This document shows, one piece after another, positions 52,464-61,901 of a stretch of DNA of 64,000 nucleotides. The notes below the pieces were generated by a model. The model made no database searches. It saw only the letters and a program-made list of their open reading frames with translations, and was not told the DNA's origin. Made by a program: the position numbers and the translations under genes. The first letter of the stretch is position 1. Every line of letters starts with the position of its first letter. This DNA is from an uncultured Acidobacteriota bacterium. Its GTDB lineage: Bacteria > Acidobacteriota > Vicinamibacteria > Fen-336. The DNA lies in the NCBI GenBank assembly GCA_963703985.1, contig CAVPGH010000003.1, forward strand, positions 1,734 through 65,733, read 5' to 3'.

Positions 52464-53432
52464 ATGTTCATCGAAGGCATCCGTGCGCGTGTCAAGGGCC
52501 GGGGCAAGCGGGTCGTCTTCCCCGAGGGCGGCGAGGAGCGCGCGCTCCAGGCCGCGGCCCGGCTCCGCGACCAGGGCCTCGCAGAGCCCGTCCTGATCGG
52601 GGCAGTGACTTCCGTGCGCGAGAAGGCCCGGGGCCTCCGCCTGGATCTCGAGGGAATCGAGGTCGACGACCCCGCGAGCGATCCCCGTTTCGCGGAGTAC
52701 GCCGAGGCGTATCACAAGCTGCGCCGGCACAAGGGCATGACGCCGGAAGCGGCGGCCACGAAGGCGAGGCTGCCCCACTACTTCGGCGCGCTCATGCTCC
52801 GCGCGGGGGCGGTGGACGGCATGGTGTCGGGCCTCAACTCGGCGACCAAGCCCTTCCTGCCCGCGTTCGAGGTGGTCAAGTTGCGCGAGGGGTTCACGCG
52901 CGCCTCGTCCGTCTTCATCATGGACTGGCCCGACAAGACCCTCTTCTACGCGGACTGCTCCGTGAACATCGCCCCCGACGCCCCCACTCTAGCTGACATC
53001 GCGCGCGCCACCGCGGCCACGGTCCGGGCCTTCGGGCAGGAGCCGCGAGTCGCCATGCTCTCGTTCTCCACCCGAGACAGTGCGATGGACGCGTCGATCG
53101 ACCGGGTGAAGGAGGCGGTCGCCCTCGTCCGGAAGGCGGAGCCGGGTCTCCTCGTGGACGGTGAGATCCAGTTCGACGCCGCGTACCTCCCCGCGGTGGC
53201 GAAGAAGAAGGCGCCGGGCAGCCCCTTGACCGAGGCCCCGGCCAACGTCTTCGTGTTCCCGGACCTCAACGCCGGGAACATCGCTTACAAGATCACGGAG
53301 CGGCTCGGAGGGGCGACGGCGATCGGACCCATCCTCCAGGGGCTCCGAAAGCCGGTGAACGACGTCTCGCGCGGCTGCTCGGCGCAGGACTTCGCGGACG
53401 TGGCCACGATCACGGCCGCGCTCGCCTCCTAG
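52464..53432 (+). CDS. pta: phosphate acetyltransferase (short form)
   Basis: 322 aa. Motifs present: VVFPEGGEERALQAA, GAVDGMVSG, FYADCSVNIAP, VFPDLNAGNIAYK and VNDVSRGCS. Confidence 0.94.
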   Translation: MFIEGIRARVKGRGKRVVFPEGGEERALQAAARLRDQGLAEPVLIGAVTSVREKARGLRLDLEGIEVDDPASDPRFAEYAEAYHKLRRHKGMTPEAAATKARLPHYFGALMLRAGAVDGMVSGLNSATKPFLPAFEVVKLREGFTRASSVFIMDWPDKTLFYADCSVNIAPDAPTLADIARATAATVRAFGQEPRVAMLSFSTRDSAMDASIDRVKEAVALVRKAEPGLLVDGEIQFDAAYLPAVAKKKAPGSPLTEAPANVFVFPDLNAGNIAYKITERLGGATAIGPILQGLRKPVNDVSRGCSAQDFADVATITAALAS

Positions 53433-53442
53433 GGAGCATCGA

Positions 53443-53952
53443 ATGATGGGGCTTCGACCCGCAACCATGGTGGTCTTCGTCGGCCTGGCGCTCTCCGGAG
53501 CGGCGGCGGGCGCCGCCGAGATCAAGGTCAACTACGATCGGCGAGTGGACTTCACCCGTTACCGGACCTGGAGGTGGCGAAAGGGCACGCCTGCGGCGAA
53601 CCCCGTCGCGGACAAGCAGCTGCGCGACGCCATCGAGTCGAGGCTGGCCGCGCGGGGCTTATCCCGCGTGGAGAGCCGCGGCGACCTCGAGGTGGTGTAC
53701 CACGCCGCCGCCGAGAACAAGATCGGCGTGGAGAAGCTCGGCTACAAGCAGCCGGACTTCGAGGCCCACGCTACGCGAATTCGCTACCTCAGTGTGGGCA
53801 CGCTGCTCCTCGACATGATCGACGCCTCGAGCGGGAAGGTCGTCTGGCGGGGCGAGGCCCAGGACGCCACGACCCCGGCTCCCCGTGGCATCGAGCGCAT
53901 GATCGACGAAGGGATCGCGCAGCTCCTCGAGGATTTCCCGCCCGAGGACTGA
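53443..53952 (+). CDS. DUF4136-like secreted protein or lipoprotein (paralog of 8004-8495)
   Basis: 169 aa with a signal peptide. Motifs present: KVNYDRRVDFTRYRTWRW and LLDMIDASSGKVVWRGEA. Confidence 0.8.
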   Translation: MMGLRPATMVVFVGLALSGAAAGAAEIKVNYDRRVDFTRYRTWRWRKGTPAANPVADKQLRDAIESRLAARGLSRVESRGDLEVVYHAAAENKIGVEKLGYKQPDFEAHATRIRYLSVGTLLLDMIDASSGKVVWRGEAQDATTPAPRGIERMIDEGIAQLLEDFPPED

Positions 53953-54049
53953 CGGGGACCGTTCGCTGGATGCGCGGCGGCGACCCAGTAGAAGCGGCTT
54001 TGAAGGACGACCGACGGGGCGGACCCCATCGTGCCACCGAGTTTCGATT

Positions 54050-54295
54050 GACCAGCACTTGCGGCCGCGCGTGGCGGCCATCCGCCGGGCTGCTCGCGGG
54101 CCTCTCCGCGGGTGGTCCAGATCGCACACGGCTTCGCTTCTGCACGGCGCTCGTCGCCCATCGCGTATGGGACGGCGGATCTGCGCGACCGCCGCCAACC
54201 TCATCGAGCGCGCGCTGCCGCAGACCGGCCTTCGCCAGTGGGTCTTGACGTTCCCGTTCTCGTGGAGGCGTCGCCTTGCGCAAGACGGGGGCGGG
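54050..54295 (+). mobile_element. IS91-family-like transposase, N-terminal fragment (fragment A), frameshifted
   Basis: ...RLRFCTALV... is a degenerate Zn-finger region. It is followed by MGRRICATAANLIERALPQTGLRQWVLTFPFSWRRRLAQDG, which matches, from memory, the (V)LPxxPxRQWVLSxPxxLRxxLA motif near the N-terminus of the same transposase family. Homology stops at ~54295. Confidence 0.5.
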
Positions 54296-54512
54296 AGATC
54301 CAGGCCACCTGAGCACAGCACCCTTCGATTCTTGACGCTCGCCCCGCAGGGGCGTAGTGTCTCCGCCAACGGAGGCACGCGAGGTTGAAGCGGGTTGTGG
54401 ATGGCGCCTCTGGGGCTCATCAATCGCGCCACCGGCACTCTCGGATGCTCCGCGGCTGGGTTGGGTGGGGTTGTACGCTCCTTCGCCGGGGCCTCCGTAG
54501 CCGGCGCCGCGG

Positions 54513-56285
54513 ATGAAAATGCCTATAGGCCGATCGCGGCGTACCGCGGTAATCGCAATTGTTACCCTAGCCGGCCTCGTGATTGTTTCTGTCTTACTTT
54601 GGTTACGACATTACCCGCCACCCCAGCAGAATGCGGTACGGCTGTCACTCGGGCTCCCGCAGGGCGTAAGCTTACACAGGAACTGGCACCCGTTCGAACA
54701 GATGGTGCTTTCGCCCGACGGCGAAATGCTGGCCTTTTCGGCAACTGATGCTTCTGGTCAAAGCTCTTTGTGGATCAGGCCTTTGAGCTCTACGGAAGCG
54801 CGCAAGATGGTCGAGACTCAGGGGGCGCTTCTGCCTTTCTGGTCCCCGGACTCACAGTTCGTCGGTTTCTGGGCAGGTGGCAAGCTTAAGAAGATACGGC
54901 GATCGGGTGGACTCCCCGAGGTGATCTGTAGCGTTGCAGAAATCGCGCAAGGAGCCTGGAGTCCCGATGGAACAGTTCTTTTCGCCAGAGCTGTAAACAG
55001 CCCGATTAGCCGGGTCTCTCCCGACGGCGCAAATGCGACCCCTGCGACCTCGCTCCTGCCTGGACAGGTCAGCCACATGTGGGTCCAGTTTCTGCCCGGC
55101 GGCAGGCACTTCAGCTATTTGGCTCGCACAAACCTTACGAGTGACGATCCGCAAGCGAAGGTCTACGCTCAGTCACTGGATGGCGGAGCTCCGATCGAAC
55201 TCTTGACGAGTCAAAGCCGGGCAATAGCCGTACCGGACTACCTGCTGTTCGCGCAGCAGCAGAACCTGTTCGCCCAGCGGATGGACTGGAAGGCGTTGCG
55301 GAAGATTGGGGAACCGTTGTTGGTGGCCCGCAAAGTCGCTGCCTCCCCAGCTTACCTTGGCACTTCCGAATTCACTGCCTCGCAGAACGGGGTGCTGATC
55401 TACGGCACAGCAGAGGGCTCATCTTTCGATCAGCTGAAGTGGTATGCACGAGACGGTTCAACGATCGGCAGTATCAATCCGGTTATCGACTATCAGCAAT
55501 TCACGCTTTCGCCCGATGCGAAGCGACTGGCGCTCAACTCGTTCCATCAGCATGCTACCGGCAGTCTGTGGCTGATAGATATTGCGACTGACACAACGAC
55601 GCCTCTGACGTTCGATCCGCACGCACAATCGGATCCTGTCTGGTCGCCCGACGCGCGCCATGTTGCCTTCAATCTTCTTCCCAATGGTGGGACTGATCCG
55701 CCGTTCCTCGTACAAAAGATTGAGATTGGAAGTCAGCAGCCGCAGCTCATCTACGGCGACGATGCAAGAAACTGGGTAGAGGACTGGTCACCGGATGGTC
55801 GCTTCCTGGTGACGCACGACACAAAGACGGTTTCGATACTACCTCTAACGGGCAACACGAAACCTCAGGCGGTGTATTCATCAAGCTTCGTGAAAGATGC
55901 ATTTCATCTGTCGCCAGACGGGCACCTGATCGCCTACGGGGAGAACCGCAGTGGGAGATGGGAGGTCTTTGTTGCGTCTTTTCCTTCGTTTCAGGAGACA
56001 AAGCAGGTTTCAGTGGCCGGTGGCGCACAACCACGGTGGCGCGGTGACGGTCGTGAACTCTTTCTTATCGACAATGAAGGGAAAATGATGTCAGCGGCCG
56101 TGGAGCGAGGCTCACCCCAGGTAGGCGTCCCCAAAGGGCTATTCGATACGGGATTGATTCCAGATCCAACAATCAATCAGTATGCAGTTGCTGAAGATGG
56201 GCTCAAATTTCTGGTGCTCGAGCCGCGGAAGGGCTTTCTGGAAACTTACTATGTGATCCTTAACTGGCCCGCTACGCTGAAGTAA
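54513..56285 (+). CDS. membrane-anchored PD40/TolB-like beta-propeller repeat protein
   Basis: 590 aa with an N-terminal TM helix (TAVIAIVTLAGLVIVSVLLWL). WSPDG/LSPDG-type PD40 repeats recur throughout (LSPDGEMLAF, WSPDSQFVGF, WSPDGTVLF, LSPDAKRLAL, WSPDARHVAF, WSPDGRFLV, LSPDGHLIAY). The architecture resembles the extracytoplasmic half of acidobacterial Ser/Thr kinases, but no kinase domain is present. GC content is lower than the surrounding sequence. Confidence 0.88.
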   Translation: MKMPIGRSRRTAVIAIVTLAGLVIVSVLLWLRHYPPPQQNAVRLSLGLPQGVSLHRNWHPFEQMVLSPDGEMLAFSATDASGQSSLWIRPLSSTEARKMVETQGALLPFWSPDSQFVGFWAGGKLKKIRRSGGLPEVICSVAEIAQGAWSPDGTVLFARAVNSPISRVSPDGANATPATSLLPGQVSHMWVQFLPGGRHFSYLARTNLTSDDPQAKVYAQSLDGGAPIELLTSQSRAIAVPDYLLFAQQQNLFAQRMDWKALRKIGEPLLVARKVAASPAYLGTSEFTASQNGVLIYGTAEGSSFDQLKWYARDGSTIGSINPVIDYQQFTLSPDAKRLALNSFHQHATGSLWLIDIATDTTTPLTFDPHAQSDPVWSPDARHVAFNLLPNGGTDPPFLVQKIEIGSQQPQLIYGDDARNWVEDWSPDGRFLVTHDTKTVSILPLTGNTKPQAVYSSSFVKDAFHLSPDGHLIAYGENRSGRWEVFVASFPSFQETKQVSVAGGAQPRWRGDGRELFLIDNEGKMMSAAVERGSPQVGVPKGLFDTGLIPDPTINQYAVAEDGLKFLVLEPRKGFLETYYVILNWPATLK

Positions 56286-56377
56286 ACACCCCAGATCGGC
56301 TGCACGAACGGATTCTCGGCGAGCATCCCCTGCGCACCCGGAATCAGAGTATTTCCAAGAAGAGGGCCGATCCTCAT

Positions 56378-59300
56378 ATGAAGAGCGTGGAAGCTCAGAT
56401 ATCGGCCGTGCGAGCACCCGTTGCGCTAGGCACGCTCTACGTGCTGCTCTGGTGTCCTCATGCTCTTGCGCTGAATCCGTCGCTGGATGTAAGTCAATAC
56501 GCACATACCGCATGGACCTATCGCGATGGGTTCGTGCAAGGCGCGGTCAACGCAATCGCGCAGACGCCTGACGGTTATCTCTGGCTCGCTACGCAAAGCG
56601 GAGTCGTTCGATTCGACGGTGTTCAGACGGTGCCGTTGCCTCTTGCGCCAGGGAAGCCGCTTCCGAGCACCTCGGTGGGAGCCCTCCTGGCCGCACGCGA
56701 CGGGACCCTCTGGATCGGCACCCTTGTTGGGCTGGTGAGTTGGAAGAACGGTCAACTGACTGAATATCCGTCGCTTGCGCGCCGCACTGTTCTCGCGCTG
56801 CTGCAGGATCGCGCCGGAACCGTGTGGGTGGGCGGTCTCGCGGGGCCGGCGGGAACCCTCTGCGCAATCCGCGGCGACGGCCCCACCTGTTATGGCGATG
56901 ACGGAAGTCTCGGCACCGTAGTGGGGTCCTTGTACGAGGATATCGACGGCAGCATGTGGGTCGGAGCGGCAACGGGCCTGTGGCAATGGACGCCCGGTCC
57001 CCCAACCCGCTATTTGGCGACACCAATCAGCCGGGGCGGCAAGATGACGCAAGGCGATCGTGGGGCCGGCCTCGTAGTTGCTATTGGGGGCGTCCGTCGA
57101 ATCATTGGAAAGACAGTGACCGACTATCCGCTTCATGGGGTGCGGTTGCCTTTGAGTGCTGGAACTGTCCTTCGCGATCGCAACGGTGGGCTTTGGATCG
57201 GCACAACTGCTCATGGGCTCGTCCATTCGCACGAGGGTAAAACCACCACTTTTACCCACAAGGATGGCCTGTCTAGCGATCAGGTGTACGCGCTGTTCGA
57301 GGGCACTGAAGGATCCATCTGGGTCGCCACTTCCGAGGGTCTCGACCAATTTCGAGAGTTGCCGGTCAAATCGCTCCCGGTGAAACAAGGATCATCCAGC
57401 CCCACCACGAACTCCGTGCTGGCGTCGCGCGACGGGAGCCTATGGATCGGCACGGCGGATGGGCTCTATAGGTGGGACCACGGGCGTACGACGGTGTACC
57501 GGCGACGAAGCAATCCTGGCCTCGCCGACGACGAGATTCAATCGCTCTTCGAGGATGAGCGTGGTCGTATTTGGGTTTCAAGCTTCAGCGGGCTCGCGGC
57601 ATTTTGGAACGGGAGGTTCACTGCGGTTCCGTCGGTGCCGGCGGGGACGAAAAATGCGATCACTGGCGACAATGACGGCGGCCTCTGGCTCAGTCTGTTC
57701 GGCACGGCGAACAATTACAGTCTGACGCATCTAGTCGACGGCAAAATCACCGAACAGGTGCCTTGGCGGGACCTGGGTGGGGGGCCGGGGACCGGCCTGC
57801 TGCCCGACCCGAACGGCGGTATCTGGACGGGGCTGTTGAGCGGCGGGATTGCCTACTTTCGGGCGGGGCAGATACGGAACTTGCCATTGAGCGACGACGA
57901 GGCAGGCGCCCGGAAGGTGTTGGATATTTCGCGCGATCGCAGCGGCACGCTTTGGGCAGCCACCGACAATGGGGTCAGCCGGATCACGAACACAGGTGTC
58001 GCAACCCTGACCACCGCAAACGGGTTACCCTGCAAGACCGTTCACTGGATCATTGAAGACGACCTTTCTTCCTACTGGCTCTACACGCCGTGCGGACTTC
58101 TGCGCATAGCACGAACCGAGTTGGAGGCCTGGATCGCCGACCCGAAACGAAGCATCCAGGTGACAACCTTCGATGCCACGGATGGAGTGCGACTGGTTCC
58201 GATTCTCAAGGGGCTCAGGCCTGCGGTCACCAAGGCATCCGACGGGAAAATCTGGTTTGTAAATGAAGACAAGGTGAGCTTTATTGATCCGTCCCGAATC
58301 CGTACCAACATGCTCCCTCCGTCAGTTCACGTTGAGCAGATTACGGTTGATGGCAAAAAGTACGATGCCGGGCCGGATTTACGCCTGCCTCCGCACGTTC
58401 GCAATCTGGTGATCGATTACACCGCACTCAGCCTGGTGGCGCCGGACAAGGTGCGCTTCCACATCATGCTGGAGGGCCAGGACAGGGGCTGGCGGGAGCT
58501 GGCCAATCAGCGTCGTGTTGAGTACACAAACCTGCCGCCGCGCAAGTACCGCTTTCGCGTGATCGCGTCCAACAATAGCGGCGTGTGGGACGAGCAGGGG
58601 GATACGCTGGAGTTCTCCATCGCGCCCGCCTATTACCAGACGAATTGGTTCCGCGCCCTATGCGCTGTGTTCTTTCTGACGCTGCTGTGGGCGGCCTACC
58701 AGTTGCGGGTCCGGCGGTTTCGTTATGAGTTCGAGATGACCCTGGACGCACGCGTCGGCGAGCGTACGCGGATCGCGCGGGACCTTCACGACACCCTGCT
58801 GCAAAGCTTCCACGGTTTGCTGCTCCGGTTCCAAACCGTTTCCCAATTGCTGCCAGAACATTCGGATGCGAAGGAGAAGCTGGACAGTGCCATAGAGCAG
58901 GCCGCTGCCGCGATCACCGAAGGCCGTGATGCGGTGCAGGGTTTGCGGGCGTCAACCCTCGAACGGAACGATCTGGCACAGGCGATTAGAACGGTTGGCA
59001 ACGAACTCGCGGACAACGCGAGTGACCACCCTGCTTGCGACCTCCACGTCGTTGTCGAGGGCGAGCCGAGAGACCTCCACCCGATCGTTCGCGACGAGAT
59101 CTACAAGATCGCGGCGGAAGCCCTGCTGAACTCATATCGGCACGCGGGGGCCGGGCGCGTCGAGGTCGAGATCCGTTACGACAGCGATGAGTTCCGATTA
59201 CGAGTGAGGGACGACGGCAAAGGCATCGATCAAGCCGTTCTCGCGACGCAAGGTATCGAGGGACACTACGGACTCCGCGGCATGCCGGAACGCGCCGCGC

Positions 59301-59443
59301 TGATCGGAGGGAAACTGGCGGTGTGGAGCGAAGTCGGTGCGGGGACGGAGATCGAGTTGCGTCTTCCTGCCCGCGCGGCCTACGCCACGCCCCGCCGGGA
59401 CTCCTGGTGGTCACGGCTGTTCGTCCCCAGGACCCCGGCATGA
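56378..59443 (+). CDS. sensor histidine kinase: periplasmic two-component-regulator-propeller repeats + Y_Y_Y domain, TM, HisKA_3, HATPase_c
   Basis: 1021 aa. It has a signal/TM segment and many Reg_prop-like repeats (DGYLWLATQSGVVRFDG, DGTLWIGT, GGLWIGTTAHGL, GSIWVATSEGL). A Y_Y_Y region (YRFRVIASNNSGVWDE) and a TM helix follow. The phosphoacceptor box is RIARDLHDTLLQ and the ATPase motifs include LRVRDDGKGID and GLRGMPERAALIGG. Confidence 0.92.
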   Translation: MKSVEAQISAVRAPVALGTLYVLLWCPHALALNPSLDVSQYAHTAWTYRDGFVQGAVNAIAQTPDGYLWLATQSGVVRFDGVQTVPLPLAPGKPLPSTSVGALLAARDGTLWIGTLVGLVSWKNGQLTEYPSLARRTVLALLQDRAGTVWVGGLAGPAGTLCAIRGDGPTCYGDDGSLGTVVGSLYEDIDGSMWVGAATGLWQWTPGPPTRYLATPISRGGKMTQGDRGAGLVVAIGGVRRIIGKTVTDYPLHGVRLPLSAGTVLRDRNGGLWIGTTAHGLVHSHEGKTTTFTHKDGLSSDQVYALFEGTEGSIWVATSEGLDQFRELPVKSLPVKQGSSSPTTNSVLASRDGSLWIGTADGLYRWDHGRTTVYRRRSNPGLADDEIQSLFEDERGRIWVSSFSGLAAFWNGRFTAVPSVPAGTKNAITGDNDGGLWLSLFGTANNYSLTHLVDGKITEQVPWRDLGGGPGTGLLPDPNGGIWTGLLSGGIAYFRAGQIRNLPLSDDEAGARKVLDISRDRSGTLWAATDNGVSRITNTGVATLTTANGLPCKTVHWIIEDDLSSYWLYTPCGLLRIARTELEAWIADPKRSIQVTTFDATDGVRLVPILKGLRPAVTKASDGKIWFVNEDKVSFIDPSRIRTNMLPPSVHVEQITVDGKKYDAGPDLRLPPHVRNLVIDYTALSLVAPDKVRFHIMLEGQDRGWRELANQRRVEYTNLPPRKYRFRVIASNNSGVWDEQGDTLEFSIAPAYYQTNWFRALCAVFFLTLLWAAYQLRVRRFRYEFEMTLDARVGERTRIARDLHDTLLQSFHGLLLRFQTVSQLLPEHSDAKEKLDSAIEQAAAAITEGRDAVQGLRASTLERNDLAQAIRTVGNELADNASDHPACDLHVVVEGEPRDLHPIVRDEIYKIAAEALLNSYRHAGAGRVEVEIRYDSDEFRLRVRDDGKGIDQAVLATQGIEGHYGLRGMPERAALIGGKLAVWSEVGAGTEIELRLPARAAYATPRRDSWWSRLFVPRTPA
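58740..59410. repeat. inverted repeat, arm 1 (kinase core of HK 56378-59443), partner 62570-63250
   Basis: About 270 bp (58919-59185 vs 63080-62815) show only a handful of mismatches. The flanks are ~80-90% identical by eye. Confidence 0.85.
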
Positions 59444-59458
59444 GGTAGAGGAGATTTC

Positions 59459-59605
59459 ATGAACGACGGCGGCTCGCCCATCCGGGTTCTCGCGGTCGAC
59501 GATCCATTCGGAACTACTCCGCACGATCCGAGCGGTTCATGCGGGCAAGGGGAGCCTCTCGCCGGAGGTCTCGTTTCAAGTCGCCCGAATCCGGCGATGC
59601 CGGCC
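59459..59605 (+). pseudogene. relic of a LuxR/NarL-type response regulator (first 15 codons fused out of frame to an internal piece)
   Basis: MNDGGSPIRVLAVDD (compare RR at 61902-62534: GGSSPIRILAVDD) is followed directly by sequence encoding HSELLRTIRAVHAGKGSLSPEVSFQVA in another frame (compare HSELLGTIRAVHAGKRSLSPEVSFQIA). About 330 nt of the receiver domain and the whole HTH are missing. Confidence 0.8.
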
Positions 59606-59889
59606 GCAGCCACAGCACGGCGCGTGCCAGGGCGGCGGCGGCGGAAAACCGCGCCAGGACGGCAGTGTTGCGGGAGTCGATTGCGGAGACTCGCAACGTC
59701 GTCACGAATTCGTGACGACGACCCGCCTCGCGCGCGGGAGCGTCGCTGAGACTCGTGCCACGGGCGCCGGCCTACCGCGCGGAAGAGCGGCTCGGGCTCG
59801 TGCGCAATGCGCGACGGCTTCGGCGCTCGTTCGCAATGAGCGTCCTCCGCGCGCTCCCGCAGCGGGGGGCACCACGAGCTGACCTCGGT

Positions 59890-60005
59890 GGAAAGCGTCC
59901 CCCTGACGCGACTCGAGTACTCGCCGTAGAGGAGGGCGATGCGAACGTGCCCATGGCGGCGACGCTGCCTGTGCCGAACAACAGTAAGGTAGGTGCCTGC
60001 CGTGA
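59890..60005 (-). mobile_element. IS91-family-like transposase fragment (fragment C)
   Basis: The minus-strand translation DFTAGTYLTVVRHRQRRRHGHVRIALLYGEYSSRVRG resembles the EFxxRLxxLVPxPxxxxVRYxGxxxxRSxxR segment of the same family. This is the weakest of the four assignments. Confidence 0.35.
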
Positions 60006-60016
60006 AGTCCGACGGC

Positions 60017-61165
60017 TCAGCGAACGACGATGGCGTCCGGTGCGCGGCCCTGGTCCGCTACGCGCGGGGCGCGACGGCGGAACGCGTGCTTGTCGATCCC
60101 GAGGCGACGAATGCGCGATTCCAGCGTGCTGGCCGGGACCCCGAGCGTCTCCGCCGCACCCTCGACGCCGTACACGCGGCCGCGGCTGGCCGCCAGCGCG
60201 TTTTCTATCTGCTGGCGCTCGTCGCTGGGAAGCTCCTGCTTCGGGCGAGCGAGGTCGGAACCGAGGTTGGGAAGCTCGAAATCGCGGAGGCTGAGGACGT
60301 TTCCACTGGCGAGGATCACCGCCCGCTCGACGACGTTCTGGAGCTCGCGGATGTTGCCGGGCCACGGATAGGCAAGGAGTGACTCCATCGCGCTCGGGCT
60401 GACGCCATGGATCCGCTTCCCGAGCTTCCGCGCGTCCTGGCGCGCATAGTGTTCGGCGATCAAGGGGATGTCGTCCTTGCGCTCGCGCAGCGGAGGCATG
60501 GCGATCGGGAACACGTTCAGGCGAAACAGGAGGTCGCTGCGGAAGCGTCCCTCCCGCACCGCCTCGTCGAGGTTGCGGTTGGTGGCGGCGACCACGCGTA
60601 CGTCGGTCTTCAGCGTCTCGGTGCCTCCCACGCGCTCGAACTCGCCCTCCTGCAGCACGCGGAGGAGTGCGACCTGAAGCGCCGGCGGCAGCTCGCCGAC
60701 CTCGTCGAGGAAGATCGTCCCTCCGTTGGCGAGCTCGAAGCGCCCCTTGCGCCGCTCCACGGCCCCCGTGAAAGAGCCTCGCTCGTGGCCGAACAGCTCG
60801 GAGGCCACCAGGCCCTCGGCCAACGCACCGCAGTTCACCCTGACGAAAGGCCGCTTCGCGCGCGCCGAGCCGGCATGGATCGCGCGCGCGATCAGCTCCT
60901 TGCCGGTCCCGGTCTCGCCCGTCACGAGCACGGTCGCGTCGGTGGCGGCGACACGAGCCACACGGTCGAGCACGCGGAGCATGGCTGCCGACTCGCCGAC
61001 CATGCCGAACACGGCGCCGCTCGAAGGGATCACGTCGGGGCTGCATTCACCGCCGGTCGAGTCCTCGAACACGGCCGTGAGCGCGGAGAGGCGCGCGTGC
61101 GGATGCGGTTCGAGCGGCTGGCCGCTCGCCGGGAAGTCGCTGATAGCGGCGATGGCGCTTGACAT
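60017..61165 (-). CDS. sigma-54-dependent transcriptional activator lacking a recognisable N-terminal sensory or receiver domain
   Basis: 382 aa. Only ~55 aa precede the AAA+ domain ([13 protein letters not shown]..., Walker [15 protein letters not shown] loop variant, [15 protein letters not shown]). A C-terminal HTH is present ([20 protein letters not shown]). An AAGGAG RBS lies 7 nt upstream. Confidence 0.92.
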   Translation of the reverse strand: MSSAIAAISDFPASGQPLEPHPHARLSALTAVFEDSTGGECSPDVIPSSGAVFGMVGESAAMLRVLDRVARVAATDATVLVTGETGTGKELIARAIHAGSARAKRPFVRVNCGALAEGLVASELFGHERGSFTGAVERRKGRFELANGGTIFLDEVGELPPALQVALLRVLQEGEFERVGGTETLKTDVRVVAATNRNLDEAVREGRFRSDLLFRLNVFPIAMPPLRERKDDIPLIAEHYARQDARKLGKRIHGVSPSAMESLLAYPWPGNIRELQNVVERAVILASGNVLSLRDFELPNLGSDLARPKQELPSDERQQIENALAASRGRVYGVEGAAETLGVPASTLESRIRRLGIDKHAFRRRAPRVADQGRAPDAIVVR

Positions 61166-61385
61166 GTTGCGTCTCCTTTTCCGTCTGTGCTACGACACGC
61201 CCCGCATTGTGGGACTCCGCATGCCGCCCGGACTACCTCCTTTCGGGCCGCGCGGAGCACTCGATCGGTCGCGGCTGGGACTCCTTCGAGCAGCAGCGGC
61301 CGACTCTTCCGAGTACGCGACCTGACACGTTCGGGGAGCGGCCGCTGTGGTCGCTGCGGCGCGGCCTCGGCCCATCTGGCTAAAC

Positions 61386-61820
61386 TCAGAGCTCGTTTGA
61401 ACGACTTCGGCGCGGTGGTGCTTCGATGCGCTTCCATCCGAAGAGCTGAGCGTCGACTGACCAGCGACCGGGTCCCAACATCGCGAGAGCGCCCCCGATG
61501 CTTCCGGCCAGGAGGCGAAGCCACGGCTCCCGGGTGACGGTCAGGATCTGCGAGAGCTCGATCAAGGCCACGATGGTCCCGGCCACGGGTGTCCAGAGCC
61601 CGGCCATGAGAAGAAGGCCCGATCCCGCCAGGGAGGTGGAGGCGAGCGTGGCGTGTAGCGGCCACTCGCTCCATGGCTTCGGGCCGGCACCGACGAGGAG
61701 GAACGAGCCGACGACGAGGCGCAGGAGCAGCAATCCTGCGCCCGGCCAACTGCCCGCGAACGTGGAATAGAGGCGCCGCAACCCGAACCCTTGCCCCATC
61801 AGGTTCGTCGTTGCGGGCAC
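61386..61820 (-). CDS. DoxX-family membrane protein
   Basis: 144 aa with four predicted TM segments. The pattern is DoxX-like (LLLLRLVVGSFLLVGAGPK...LLLMAGLWTPVAGTIVALIEL...GPGRWSVD). Confidence 0.75.
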   Translation of the reverse strand: MPATTNLMGQGFGLRRLYSTFAGSWPGAGLLLLRLVVGSFLLVGAGPKPWSEWPLHATLASTSLAGSGLLLMAGLWTPVAGTIVALIELSQILTVTREPWLRLLAGSIGGALAMLGPGRWSVDAQLFGWKRIEAPPRRSRSNEL

Positions 61821-61901
61821 GAATCGAAAGCCCCGATCCGGTCCAGGTCGTGACTCTTTCGAGTCGTCGCCACGGGTGTGCGGGGGAAGCCGCTCGTGGT
61901 C

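Noticed and set aside
54332-54360. A sigma-70-like promoter TTGACG-17 nt-TAGTGT containing the palindrome CGCCCCGCAGGGGCG, upstream of the PD40 gene. A similar TTGCGA-17-TAGCTT lies at 40778-40806 upstream of the GH94 gene.
   Set aside because: The hexamer matches are only moderate and such matches are frequent. Without TSS data they are not reportable as features.
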